Below are positions 18,591 through 30,977 of a stretch of 64,000 nucleotides of DNA, in pieces. How positions within the stretch are numbered: the first letter of the stretch is position 1; each line of letters begins with the position of its first letter. The DNA comes from an uncultured Alphaproteobacteria bacterium (GTDB lineage: Bacteria > Pseudomonadota > Alphaproteobacteria > Rhizobiales > Methyloligellaceae), in the NCBI GenBank assembly GCA_963804515.1, contig CAWDQR010000008.1, positions 161,098 through 225,097 of the forward strand, given 5' to 3'. A program made the translations under genes and the position numbers. Below the pieces are notes generated by a model. That model saw nothing but the letters and a program-made list of their open reading frames with translations, was not told the DNA's origin and did no database searches.

Positions 18591-20313
18591 CCGGTTTGCG
18601 GACGGTACCAGGAGGAGGGTGCGGTGTGCCATATATACTCGCAGGTCAACCGAAGAGGGCCTGGAGCAAGACTTCAACTCGCTCGACGCGCAACGTGAAG
18701 CCTGCGAGGCCTTCATCATGAGTCAGAAGCACGAGGGCTGGGTGGCCCTGCCGGCGCTGTATGACGATGGCGGCTATTCCGGGGGCACGATGCAGCGGCC
18801 GGCTCTGCAGCGCCTTCTAGCCGACATCGCCGCCGGCGGGGTGGATATCATCGTCGTCTATAAGGTTGACCGGCTGACCCGAGCGCTATCGGACTTCGCC
18901 AAGATCGTCGAGGTCTTCGAGAGACACTCTGTGTCCTTCGTCTCGGTGACGCAAGCCTTCAACACCACCACTTCGATGGGTCGCCTGACCTTGAACGTGC
19001 TCCTGTCGTTCGCCCAGTTTGAACGCGAGGTCACGGGTGAACGCATCCGCGACAAGATCGCCGCCTCCAAGAAGAAGGGCATGTGGATGGGCGGCAATCC
19101 GCCGCTCGGTTACGACGTGAAGGATCGGAAGCTAGTCGTCAACGGGGCCGAGGCCGAAACCGTCCGCTACATCTTCCGCTGCTATCAGGAACTGCGTTCG
19201 GTGCCCTGCTCAAGGAGCATCTAGATGCGGCGGGCATCGTCAGCAAGCACCGCACGGCATCCGATGGTCGTCCGCATGGGGGCAAGCCGATTGCTCGGGG
19301 GGCGCTCTATCTCATGCTGCAGAACCACATCTATCGCGGCGAGATCGTGCATAAGGACCAGGCCTATCCAGGCGAGCACGACCCGATCGTTGATGACGAT
19401 CTGTGGCACAGGGTGCAGACCACCTTGGAGACAAACCGGGTCCATCGCGACATCGGCACGGGCACCCGCCAGCTGAGCCTGTTCGCCGGCCTCATCTACG
19501 ATGCGCGCGGCGAGCCTATGACGCCCAGTCATGCTGCAAAAAAGGGTGTCCGATATCGCTACTACGTCTCCAAATCGCTGGTGACCGGGAATGACAGCGC
19601 GACGAAGAGCGGCCAGCGCATCCCGGCCGCCAGTATCGAGGCTCTGGTCACCGGCCGGACAGCGCCTGGCTCGCCGATCCGGTCGCCGTCCTGAATGCCG
19701 TCCAGTGCTGTGGCCCCGACGCCGTTGCACAGAAGAAGCTGCTGGACGAGGCTGCGCGGCTTGCCGCCCGCTGGCACGATCTCGTGCGGAGGACCTTCGC
19801 GCGCTTCTCCTCGCCTTCATCACGCGCGTCCAGGTTCATTCCGACCGGATCGACCTGACGCTCGACCAAATGGGCCTTGCCCTGTATTTGGGTGCCGAGC
19901 CCGATAAACGGCAACCTGCTTACCCCGCAAGTGATCGAGAGCAGCATCTGATGATCTTGACGGTCCACGCGCGTCTGAAGCGCACGGGGATCGAGATGAG
20001 AATGGTGGTAGACGATGGATCCGCTCCGGCGACTGTCGATTGCACTTTGGTACGTCTTCTCGTCCGGGCCCATGCGATACGCGCGCGCCTGCTTCAGGAC
20101 CCCAGCCTAACCTTGAGAGAGATCGCCGCGGAGGAGGGGGTCGTCAGTTCCTACGTCTCGCGCCTCATCAGGCTCTCCTTCCTCGCACCCGATATAGTCA
20201 CGGCGATCTTCAATGGCAGGCATCCTGCACAGCTCACCGCGAACCGGCTGATGGAAGACACCCGCCTGCCCCTCGAGTGGAAGGCGCAGCGCGAGCTGTT
20301 TTGTCTCCTCTAA
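18583..20313 (+). pseudogene. large serine recombinase, three frameshifts (~19205, ~19660, ~19785)
   Basis: AIYTRRS catalytic start, YKVDRLTR, FAQFERE, recombinase and C-terminal segments spread across three frames. Confidence 0.9.
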
Positions 20314-20581
20314 GCTGTCCTCGGCGGGATACGACCATGACCCACGCCTGTCTCGGGTTTGTCGTCTCGCCTGCTCACCAAGAAAAGGTCTGGTGGCCAA
20401 GAGACAGTGGTACTGCATAATCGGCGGTACAGAGACGCGCCTGCGCAGAGACGGTCGATTGGCGTACGAAAGCGTCTCCAGCTACCAGGCTCGACAATGC
20501 ACGCCAGGCAAAGCCCCGAAAGAGTGAAGGAAATGCCCCTCGCTGAAACCGTAAAAATAAGTAATATCAGTCACTCAATTG

Positions 20582-20672
<91 letters not shown>

Positions 20673-20776
20673 GAAGGCTAGACATCCGCCAAGGGTTTTG
20701 AAGGAGACCGCACCTTGTAGCTTGCCCGCTCCCACGCGGCAACTGGAGCGCGGCCGGACCGGGCGCCACGGCCTGA

Positions 20777-20804
20777 TTGACTTATGGCTTTGCACTTATA
20801 TAGT
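20777..20804 (+). promoter_or_regulatory. sigma70-like promoter for rplU
   Basis: TTGACT-N16-TATAGT. Confidence 0.55.
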
Positions 20805-20933
20805 GCGCCGCCTGGTGGGATCGGCTATGGAACACGCGGCCTTTTTCCCCACCGGTTCCTCCTGGCCACCCTGCGAAGGCGGCCTGAAGTAGGCCGGCCT
20901 TCCAAGCCAAGAGTTAGAAGACGAGAGCTAGAC

Positions 20934-21458
20934 ATGTTCGCGGTCATTCGCACGGGCGGCAAGCAATATCGCGTGGCGCCGAACGACATCATCGAGGTCG
21001 AGCGTATCGCGGGCGAGCCCGGCGACATCGTCGAGCTTGGCGAGGTGCTGCTGCTCGGTGGCGACAGCCCGCAGACGGGCAGTCCCACAATCGTCGGCGC
21101 GCTCGTCGCCGCAGAGTTGGTCGAGCACAAGCGCGGCGACAAGGTCATCGTGTTCAAGAAGAAGCGGCGCAAGAATTATCGCCGCAAGAACGGGCATCGC
21201 CAGGCGTTGACCACGCTGCGCATCACCGAGATCTTGATCGACGGCAAGAAGCCGTCCGAGACCAATGTGGCCGGGCCCGAGCCCAAGACGGCGGACGCCA
21301 AGAAGTCGGAAGCAGCCGCCAAGGCCGAGACCAAGGCGAAGCCTGCGAAGGCGCCCGCGGCGAAGAAGGCCGCGCCTGCGAAGAAAGCCGCGCCGGCCAA
21401 GAAGCCTGCGGCGAAGGCGGCAACCAAGAAGCCGGCGGCCAAGCCGAAGAAGAGTTAA
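20934..21458 (+). CDS. rplU: 50S ribosomal protein L21 with Lys/Ala/Pro-rich tail
   Basis: MFAVIRTGGKQYRV...KKKRRKNYRRKNGHRQ; tail of PAKKAA repeats. Confidence 0.97.
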   Translation: MFAVIRTGGKQYRVAPNDIIEVERIAGEPGDIVELGEVLLLGGDSPQTGSPTIVGALVAAELVEHKRGDKVIVFKKKRRKNYRRKNGHRQALTTLRITEILIDGKKPSETNVAGPEPKTADAKKSEAAAKAETKAKPAKAPAAKKAAPAKKAAPAKKPAAKAATKKPAAKPKKS

Positions 21459-21470
21459 AGGACCTCGACC

Positions 21471-21725
21471 ATGGCACATAAGAAAGCAGGTGGCTCATCC
21501 CGCAACGGCCGTGATTCGGCCGGCAGGCGCCTGGGCCTCAAGAAGTCGGGCGGGCAGAGCGTCATCCCGGGCAATATTATCGTGCGCCAGCGTGGCACTA
21601 AATGGCATCCGGGCGAAGGTGTCGGCATGGGCAAGGATCACACTCTGTTTGCACTTCGCGAGGGCGAGGTCGAATACGCGACCAAGCAGAAGGGCCGCGT
21701 CTACATCTCGGTGAAGCCCCACTAA
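21471..21725 (+). CDS. rpmA: 50S ribosomal protein L27
   Basis: [16 protein letters not shown]. Confidence 0.98.
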   Translation: MAHKKAGGSSRNGRDSAGRRLGLKKSGGQSVIPGNIIVRQRGTKWHPGEGVGMGKDHTLFALREGEVEYATKQKGRVYISVKPH

Positions 21726-21775
21726 CTTCGTTGGCTCACTTCGGCAGACTTTAGAGCGGCCGAACACAAGAACGC

Positions 21776-21870
21776 GTCATTTCCGCGCGCAAGCGGGAAT
21801 CCAGTAACCATTGGTCTTAGACATCTTGGACGCCTGGGTTACTGGATTGCCCGGTCAAGCCGGGCAATGG
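21776..21870. repeat. REP/BIME-like bipartite palindrome
   Basis: GTCATTTCCGC..GCGGGAATCCAGTAA ... TTACTGGATTGCCCGGTCAAGCCGGGCAATG; TCCAGTAA pairs with TTACTGGA. Confidence 0.7.
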
Positions 21871-22508
21871 CGATAGAGCATGTGAGCGACGTCTCGCCTC
21901 TGCGCTTGTACGCTGGTAGCCTTCTCTCCGTGATCATCAAGACCCAAAGGCTTTTGCTGCGCGCGCCGGTGCTTGGCGACGCGGCGCGGATCAGTCTGCT
22001 CGCCGGCGACCATGACGTGGCCAGCGTGACCGGGACCATCCCGCATCCCTACAGCGAAGCGATGGCCGCCGAGTGGATCAGAGGGCTTCACGCCGGCGAG
22101 GAGGGAGTAGCGTTCGCCATCGACCTGTCGGGCGGCCTGATCGGCTGCGTCGGCTATCGCGTCCACGGCGAGACGCATGCCGAGATGGGCTATTGGATCG
22201 GCAAGCCGTTCTGGGGCATGGGCTATGCCACGGAGGCTTCCCGCGCGCTCATCCTCCATGCCTTCGAGAAAGAGGGCTTCGCCTATCTCACGGCCGGCCA
22301 TTTCAGGGAGAACCCAGCCTCGGCGCGGGTGATCACCAAGCTCGGCTTCGAGCCTTCGGGCGAGGTGCTCCGCGACTGTGCCGCGAGGGCCGGCAAGGCG
22401 CGCTGTCTGACCTATCGGCTCAGCCGTGACAGAGCGCTCGCCGTTTTGCGCCCCGATTTGGAGGAGTCCCCCATGGCTTCGGTGCGATCTTCCCCCGACA
22501 GGAAATGA
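21867..22508 (+). CDS. GNAT N-acetyltransferase, RimJ/RimL family (true start may be downstream)
   Basis: IKTQRLLLR, IPHPYS, EMGYWIGKPFWGMGYATEA, NPASARV..KLGF. Confidence 0.9.
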   Translation: MAIEHVSDVSPLRLYAGSLLSVIIKTQRLLLRAPVLGDAARISLLAGDHDVASVTGTIPHPYSEAMAAEWIRGLHAGEEGVAFAIDLSGGLIGCVGYRVHGETHAEMGYWIGKPFWGMGYATEASRALILHAFEKEGFAYLTAGHFRENPASARVITKLGFEPSGEVLRDCAARAGKARCLTYRLSRDRALAVLRPDLEESPMASVRSSPDRK

Positions 22509-24694
<2,186 letters not shown>

Positions 24695-24702
24695 GGCGTT
24701 TC

Positions 24703-25989
24703 ATGTCCGTCTTTGCCGAGCAGTCGCAGGCAAGCATCGAGCCCATGATGCTCTATATGGGGCGCTTGGCGCGCGAAGCCGCGCGCGAGCTCGCGCTTGC
24801 GTCGACGGCAAGGAAGAACGAAGCGCTGAAGGCCATGGCCGCGAGGCTCGAGGCCCGCGCCGAGGCGATCCTCGAGGCCAACCGGAATGACATCGATGCG
24901 GCGCGTGGCAAGAGCCGCGACGATGCCTTCATCGACCGGCTGATGCTAGATTCCTCGCTCGTGGCGGCAATGGCCCGCGGCTTGCGTGAGATCGCCGCGC
25001 TGCCGGATCCGGTTGGGCAGGTGATCGCGTCCTGGACGCGGCCGAACGGCTTGCAAATTTCCCGGGTGCGCGTGCCGCTCGGCGTGATCGGCATCATCTA
25101 TGAGAGCAGGCCGAATGTGACGGCCGACGCGGGCGGCCTTTGCCTCAAATCCGGCAACGCCGTGATCCTGAGGAGCGGCTCGGAGAGCTTCCTCACCTCG
25201 CTCGTCATCTGCAATGCTTTGACCGAGGGCCTGGAGGAGGCGGGCTTGTCCCAAGCCGCGATCCAGCTCGTGCCGACGGTCGACCGCGCGGCGGTTGGCT
25301 TCATGCTTGGCGGCCTTGGCGGCGCCATCGACGTGATCGTCCCGCGCGGGGGCAAGAGTCTTGTCGCGCGCGTGCAGGAGGAGGCCAGGGTGCCGGTCTT
25401 CGCGCATCTCGAAGGTGTCTGCCACGTCTATGTGGACGGCGCCGCCGACCTCGACATGGCGAAGAAGATCGTGCTCAACGCCAAGATGCGACGGACCGGA
25501 GTGTGCGGGGCGGCAGAGACCCTGCTTGTCGATCGGGCGGCGGCGCCAACCCACTTGCAGCCGCTGGTCGCGATGCTGATCGAGGCCGGCTGCGAGGTGC
25601 GGGGCGATGCCGACACGCAAAGCGCAGACCCCCGCGTGAAGCCCGCGAGCGAGGAGGACTGGCCGAAGGAATATCTCGACGCCATCATCGCCGTGAAACT
25701 CGTCGACGGCGTCGATGCGGCGATCGAGCACATCACCCGCTACGGGTCGCAGCACACCGACGCCATCGTCACCGAGGATAACAACGCCGCGGAGCGCTTC
25801 CTCGCCCGCGTGGACAGCGCCATCGTGCTGCATAATGCCTCGACGCAATTTGCCGATGGCGGCGAGTTCGGCATGGGTGCGGAGATCGGCATCGCCACGG
25901 GACGCTTCCATGCACGCGGGCCGGTGGGTTTGGAGCAGCTCACGACGTTCAAATATGTCGTGCATGGCTCGGGCCAGACGCGGCGGTGA
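24703..25989 (+). CDS. proA: gamma-glutamyl phosphate reductase
   Basis: [38 protein letters not shown]. Confidence 0.97.
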   Translation: MSVFAEQSQASIEPMMLYMGRLAREAARELALASTARKNEALKAMAARLEARAEAILEANRNDIDAARGKSRDDAFIDRLMLDSSLVAAMARGLREIAALPDPVGQVIASWTRPNGLQISRVRVPLGVIGIIYESRPNVTADAGGLCLKSGNAVILRSGSESFLTSLVICNALTEGLEEAGLSQAAIQLVPTVDRAAVGFMLGGLGGAIDVIVPRGGKSLVARVQEEARVPVFAHLEGVCHVYVDGAADLDMAKKIVLNAKMRRTGVCGAAETLLVDRAAAPTHLQPLVAMLIEAGCEVRGDADTQSADPRVKPASEEDWPKEYLDAIIAVKLVDGVDAAIEHITRYGSQHTDAIVTEDNNAAERFLARVDSAIVLHNASTQFADGGEFGMGAEIGIATGRFHARGPVGLEQLTTFKYVVHGSGQTRR

Positions 25990-26079
25990 TAGTTGCGGAG
26001 CTCTCGTTCTCGGCCCAGCTTTCCCTCCCCTGTAGTGGGGGGGTCGGCTTGCGCCGCAAGCCGTGAGAGGGATCGACAT

Positions 26080-26796
26080 TTGAGCCAGCGCGCAAGGGAC
26101 AAGGGTGATGACGACCTGAAGGTGCCGATGGCGATGCCGAACATGCGCATCGGTCTGCTTGGCGGCTCGTTCAATCCGGCTCATGAAGGTCATCGCCATA
26201 TCAGCCTCGTTGCCTTGAAGCGCCTGGGGCTCGACCAGGTCTGGTGGTTGGTAAGCCCCGGCAATCCCTTGAAGGACACGTCGAAAGCGCCGGACGTCGG
26301 CGCCCGCGCGGTGGCCGCGCGCGCGATTGCGCATCACCCGAAAATCGTCGTCACCGGCTTCGAAGCCGCCCGCGGCAGCGCCTATACGATCGACACGCTC
26401 CGCTTTCTCAAGCGGCGCTTTCCCAGCGTCGACTTCGTGTGGTTGATGGGCGCCGACAATTTGGCTCAGTTTCACCATTGGCGCGGCTGGGAGGAACTGT
26501 TCGGCATGGTGCCGATCGCCCTGCTCGACCGGCCGGGCTTCCGGCTGAAGGCGCGGGCGAGCAAGGCCGCCCAGCGCTTCGCCTCCGCCGCAATCGACGA
26601 ATCGGATGCGGGCGGGCTTGCGCAACTTGCGCCGCCGGCCTGGACTATGCTCACCCTTCCTTTGTCGGGCCTGTCCTCGACGGCGCTCCGCGGCGGAAAC
26701 CCACCGTGGCAAGGAACTTCGTGCCAAGACACCTGGTGCCAAGGCACTTCGTGCCGAGGCGCGGAAGAGCGGGGCCAAAAAGGACGCAAAGACTGA
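26080..26796 (+). CDS. nadD: nicotinate-nucleotide adenylyltransferase (start uncertain; possible frameshifted tail to 26920)
   Basis: GGSFNPAHEGH, WLVSPGNPLK, WLMGADNL, SSTALR. Confidence 0.92.
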   Translation: MSQRARDKGDDDLKVPMAMPNMRIGLLGGSFNPAHEGHRHISLVALKRLGLDQVWWLVSPGNPLKDTSKAPDVGARAVAARAIAHHPKIVVTGFEAARGSAYTIDTLRFLKRRFPSVDFVWLMGADNLAQFHHWRGWEELFGMVPIALLDRPGFRLKARASKAAQRFASAAIDESDAGGLAQLAPPAWTMLTLPLSGLSSTALRGGNPPWQGTSCQDTWCQGTSCRGAEERGQKGRKD

Positions 26797-27055
26797 GAAG
26801 AAGGCTGAGAAAAAGGCAGACAGGAACGCGGTCAAGGCGCTGCATGCCGAGGCGAAGAAGGCCCTGAAAAAGGCAGTCAAGCACGCCAAGAAAGGCGCCA
26901 AGAAAAGTAAGGAACACTAGCTATTGAAAGCTGGCCGCGACGCATACTATGTTTATGGGCGAAGCGGCACCGAAAGGCGGGCTCGTGCGTTCAGCATAAG
27001 CGAGGCCAACACGCTACTTCGGCAGGAGCAATGACAGAAGGACATCCACCACAAC

Positions 27056-27466
27056 ATGCGCTCACCCAGAGAGGGTGCCGATAGCGGCACGCCTCCCTCC
27101 GGCTTTGCGTCATTTCGCGCTAGGCCAACTCATTTGCTCAATGTCGTGCTCGACACCCTCGACGATGCCAAGGCCGAGGACGTCGTCTGCATCGACCTCA
27201 AGGGCAAGACCTCGATCGGCGACCAGATGGTCGTGGCCTCGGGGCGCTCGCAACGGCATGTCGGCGCCGTTGCTGATCACCTCGTTAGGAAGCTCAAAGG
27301 TGCAGGTTTCGGACGCGCCCGCGTCGAAGGCCTGCTCCACTGCGACTGGGTGCTGATCGACGCCGGGGACGTCATCGTCCATATCTTCCGCCAGGAAGTC
27401 CGGGAATTCTACAATCTCGAGAAGATGTGGTCCGCTGACCGCCCGATGGAGCGGATGGTGATCTGA
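27056..27466 (+). CDS. rsfS: ribosome silencing factor RsfS
   Basis: LDDAKAEDVV.IDL, ASGRSQRHV, DWVLIDAGDVIVHIF, FYNLEKMW. Confidence 0.95.
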   Translation: MRSPREGADSGTPPSGFASFRARPTHLLNVVLDTLDDAKAEDVVCIDLKGKTSIGDQMVVASGRSQRHVGAVADHLVRKLKGAGFGRARVEGLLHCDWVLIDAGDVIVHIFRQEVREFYNLEKMWSADRPMERMVI

Positions 27467-27509
27467 CCGTCCCCGCCGCTGCAAGGGCCGAGGCCTGCAA
27501 GGTCGTACC

Positions 27510-27992
27510 ATGCGGCTGCTGATCGCCGCCGTGGGCAGACTGAAGCAGGGGCCTGAACGCGAGTTTTTCGCGCACTACCTTGCGCGTGCCGAGACCGCCG
27601 GCCGCAAGCTCGGGCTGTCGCCGGTGACGGTGATCGAGGTGCCAGAGTCGCGGGGGCCCACCGCAGCCACGCGCTGCAAGGCCGAGGCGGCGGCGCTGCT
27701 CGCCAAGCTTCCACATTCCTACGCACGCATCGCGCTTGACCGAACCGGCGAACCGCTCGGCAGCGAGGCTTTCGCGCGCGCGCTCGCCAAGCTCCGCGAC
27801 GAGGGGGCCGAGGGCGTTGCCTTCCTCATCGGCGGGGCGGACGGCCTCGGCGGCGAGGCCTTGCCGCGGCCCATCCGGAGAGTGTCGCTTGGGCCCATGA
27901 CCTTGCCGCACGGGCTCGCCCGCATCGTTCTCGCCGAGCAGCTCTATCGCGCCGCCACCATCCTTGTGGGCCACCCCTATCATCGGGGCTGA
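27510..27992 (+). CDS. rlmH: 23S rRNA (m3Psi1915) methyltransferase
   Basis: FLIGGADG, LGPMTLPHGLARIVLAEQLYRA..I..GHPYHR. Confidence 0.95.
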   Translation: MRLLIAAVGRLKQGPEREFFAHYLARAETAGRKLGLSPVTVIEVPESRGPTAATRCKAEAAALLAKLPHSYARIALDRTGEPLGSEAFARALAKLRDEGAEGVAFLIGGADGLGGEALPRPIRRVSLGPMTLPHGLARIVLAEQLYRAATILVGHPYHRG

Positions 27993-28157
27993 AACCCAGG
28001 CCCGCGCCTCACCTCGGGCGGGTGGGCAGTTGGTTAAGAATTGTTCAGCATATTTGCCTTGATTCTGCCTCATCGCTCCGCTTCCGTTCCCGCTCGCTCG
28101 AGTCCCCTTCTTTCGGCCGGCGGCGAGGAGACGGGACGGGGGAAGAGCACGCGGTCA

Positions 28158-29531
28158 ATGCGGATGGCGCCAATCCATCGGTCCCCTGAGCCGACATTCC
28201 GGTTCGTCATTTCCGGTCTGCTATTCGCGGGGCTGTTGAGCACCTTCCCGTATCTTGCTGCGGCGGAAGACGATCTCTCCCGCGAGGAGGCACAGAAGAA
28301 ACTCGACGAGACCTCGCAGAAGCTGCAATCGAGCCGCGCGCAAGAGCAAGGTTTGGCCCAAGACGTGGTCGCCTTGGCCGAGGCGCGGGCGAAGCTCAAC
28401 ACCGAGCTGATCGAAGCGGGCACGCGGGTGCAGGCGAGCGAAGCAAAACTTTCCGAGACCGAGGCCAAGCTCACGGAGCTGACCGATCAGGTCACCGTCA
28501 TTCGCAACTCGATCACCGAGCGAAAGGAAACCATCGTCAAGATGCTGAGCGCCATGCAGAGGATCGGCCGCACGCCGCCGCCCGCGATCGTCACGCGCCG
28601 GGACGACGCCCTCGCCATGGTGCGCAGCGCCATGCTGTTGGCGGAGGTCTTTCCCGAGCTCAAATATCAGGCCGATAATCTGTCGCAGGAGCTTGACGGT
28701 CTGGTCACGCTGGAGAACGGCATTCGCGAGCAGCGCGACGCCGAAAAAGGGGCGACCGACAGTCTCGCCGCGGAGCAGAGCCGCATCGATCAGCTGCTCG
28801 AGGAGAAGAAGACGAAGCTTGCCCAGAGCGAGGTCGAGCTTGCCGCCACGCGGCAGGCGGCGGAGCAGCAGGCAGCGGCCGTGACGGAGCTGAACGACCT
28901 GATCGCGCGGCTGGACCAGCAGATCGCCAAGGCCCAGGTTGCCCAATACGACGCGGAAGTCGCGGCCGAGCAGGCGCTCCGGGCCCGCGAGCAGCAACGG
29001 GCGCTCGCCACTCCCGGCAATGAGGCCGTTGTCGAGATCAAGCCCGAATCGACCAAGGTCGCCTTTGCCAGTCCGAGCCGCATGAAACCAGCCATGCCGT
29101 TCGAGGCGGCGAAGGGCACCCTCGCGCTCCCCGCCCAAGGCAAGCGGCTCAAGCAATTCGGCGACGCGGACGGTGTCGGCGGCACGGTAAAGGGCATTTC
29201 GCTGCAAACCCGGGGGGAAGCCCGTATTATCGCGCCCGCGGACGGCTGGGTCGTCTACGCCGGCACGTTTCGCTCCTATGGGCAACTATTGATCATCAAT
29301 GCGGGCGGGGGCTATCATGTTCTGCTTGCGGGAATGGGCCGCGTAGATGTGAGCCTCGGCCAGTTTGTCCTCGCCGGCGAGCCGATCGCAGTAATGGGTG
29401 CGGCGCCTCCAGCGAGCCAAGGCGGCAATGATAGTTCGCGCCCCGTCCTTTACGTCGAGTTCCGAAAGGACGGCAGGCCAATAGACCCCGGCCCATGGTG
29501 GGCCGAGGCTTCCGAAAAGGTGCAAGGATAA
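28158..29531 (+). CDS. envC: murein hydrolase activator EnvC family (coiled coil + M23)
   Basis: Long coiled coil; GWVVYAG.FRSYGQLLII..GGGYH, LYVEFRKDG.PIDP. Confidence 0.85.
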   Translation: MRMAPIHRSPEPTFRFVISGLLFAGLLSTFPYLAAAEDDLSREEAQKKLDETSQKLQSSRAQEQGLAQDVVALAEARAKLNTELIEAGTRVQASEAKLSETEAKLTELTDQVTVIRNSITERKETIVKMLSAMQRIGRTPPPAIVTRRDDALAMVRSAMLLAEVFPELKYQADNLSQELDGLVTLENGIREQRDAEKGATDSLAAEQSRIDQLLEEKKTKLAQSEVELAATRQAAEQQAAAVTELNDLIARLDQQIAKAQVAQYDAEVAAEQALRAREQQRALATPGNEAVVEIKPESTKVAFASPSRMKPAMPFEAAKGTLALPAQGKRLKQFGDADGVGGTVKGISLQTRGEARIIAPADGWVVYAGTFRSYGQLLIINAGGGYHVLLAGMGRVDVSLGQFVLAGEPIAVMGAAPPASQGGNDSSRPVLYVEFRKDGRPIDPGPWWAEASEKVQG

Positions 29532-30868
29532 TGCGGAAATCCGAATACGCGCTGTGGACGCTTCTGGTGTTGGCCGTGCTCGCTGCCGGTTCGACGATGG
29601 TGAGCTTGGCGCGGAGTCAGACCGCAACGGCCGCCAATTCGGAGATCTACCGCCAGCTCGATCTGTTCGGCGAGGTACTCGAGCGCGTGCGTGCCGACTA
29701 TGTCGAGAAGCCCGATGACTCCAAGCTGATCGAATCGGCGATCAACGGCATGCTGATGGCGCTCGACCCGCATTCCGCCTATCTCAATCCCAAGCACTTC
29801 CGCGACATGCAGGTACAGACCCGCGGCGAGTTCGGCGGCCTCGGCATCGAGGTGACGATGGAGAACGGCGTGGTCAAGGTCGTCTCTCCCATCGACGACA
29901 CCCCCGCTGCAAAGGCCGGGCTGCAGAGCGGTGATCTGATCACCGCGCTCGACAAGGAGCAGATCCAGGGCCTCACCCTCCAGGAGGCCGTCGAGAAGAT
30001 GCGCGGGCCAGTGAATTCCGCGATCACCCTCACCGTCGTGCGCAAGGGCGTCGACGATCCCTTCGACGTGAAGGTCGTGCGCGACGTGATCCACATCAAT
30101 CCGGTGAAGTACAACGCCGAGAACGACGTGGGCTATATCAGGATCACCACGTTCAACGAGCAGACCACGGCCAATCTGCAGAAGGCGATCGAGGATCTGA
30201 AGAAGGAGATCGGGCCGAAGCTCAAGGGCTACATCATCGACCTCCGCAACAATCCCGGAGGCCTGCTCGACCAGGCGATCTCGGTCTCTGATGCGTTTCT
30301 CGATCAGGGCGCCATCGTGCTGACTAAGGGCCGCAACCTCGAAGAGACGCAGCGCTCGAACGCGAGGCCCGGCGACCTTACCGACGGCCAGAAGCTGGTG
30401 GTGCTGATCAATGGCGGGTCGGCTTCGGCCTCGGAGATCGTGGCCGGGGCACTGCAGGATCACCACCGGGCCACCATCGTGGGCACCCGATCCTTCGGCA
30501 AGGGTTCCGTGCAGACCATCATCCCGCTTGGGAGCAATGGTGCGCTAAGGCTGACCACGGCCCGCTACTACACGCCCTCGGGCCGCTCGATCCAGGCCAA
30601 GGGCATCGAGCCCGAGGCGGTGGTCGAGGAGGAGCTTCCCGACGATCTGAAGGCTAAGGCCGCCTCACAGAACACGCGTGGCGAGGCGAATTTGCGCGGG
30701 CACCTCAAGGGTGAGGACGAGGACAGTAAGGACGACGAGGAATCCGGCAGCTCTTCCTATGTGGCCCCGGACAAGGACAAAGATACCCAGCTCCAATATG
30801 GGCTCGATCTCTTGCGCGGCATCAAGTCGGTCGACACGGAGGCAAAGAAGAAGGCGGAAGCCAACTAG
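29531..30868 (+). CDS. ctpA: carboxy-terminal processing protease (S41)
   Basis: PDZ domain, IDLRNNPGGLL, SASASEIVAGALQD, SFGKGSVQ. Confidence 0.95.
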   Translation: MRKSEYALWTLLVLAVLAAGSTMVSLARSQTATAANSEIYRQLDLFGEVLERVRADYVEKPDDSKLIESAINGMLMALDPHSAYLNPKHFRDMQVQTRGEFGGLGIEVTMENGVVKVVSPIDDTPAAKAGLQSGDLITALDKEQIQGLTLQEAVEKMRGPVNSAITLTVVRKGVDDPFDVKVVRDVIHINPVKYNAENDVGYIRITTFNEQTTANLQKAIEDLKKEIGPKLKGYIIDLRNNPGGLLDQAISVSDAFLDQGAIVLTKGRNLEETQRSNARPGDLTDGQKLVVLINGGSASASEIVAGALQDHHRATIVGTRSFGKGSVQTIIPLGSNGALRLTTARYYTPSGRSIQAKGIEPEAVVEEELPDDLKAKAASQNTRGEANLRGHLKGEDEDSKDDEESGSSSYVAPDKDKDTQLQYGLDLLRGIKSVDTEAKKKAEAN

Positions 30869-30977
30869 GCGTGACCCAGAGGTGTCGGCGGACGGGTGCC
30901 GCCTTGACAAGCGTTGCCGCATCAAAGGAGGCTTCGGCCCCGTGGCAGGGGCCTAGGCGCGGGGAGGTGCAGGCGAG

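Noticed and set aside
24946-26901. Long antisense or alternate-frame ORFs (e.g. 24946-26901, 35975-38035, 29450-30466, 5577-6362)
   Set aside because: Shadows of well-supported genes on the opposite strand; high GC and codon bias suppress stops; no recognisable motifs.
28020-28045. CtrA box upstream of envC
   Set aside because: Only a half site (GGTTAA); spacing does not fit TTAA-N7-TTAA.
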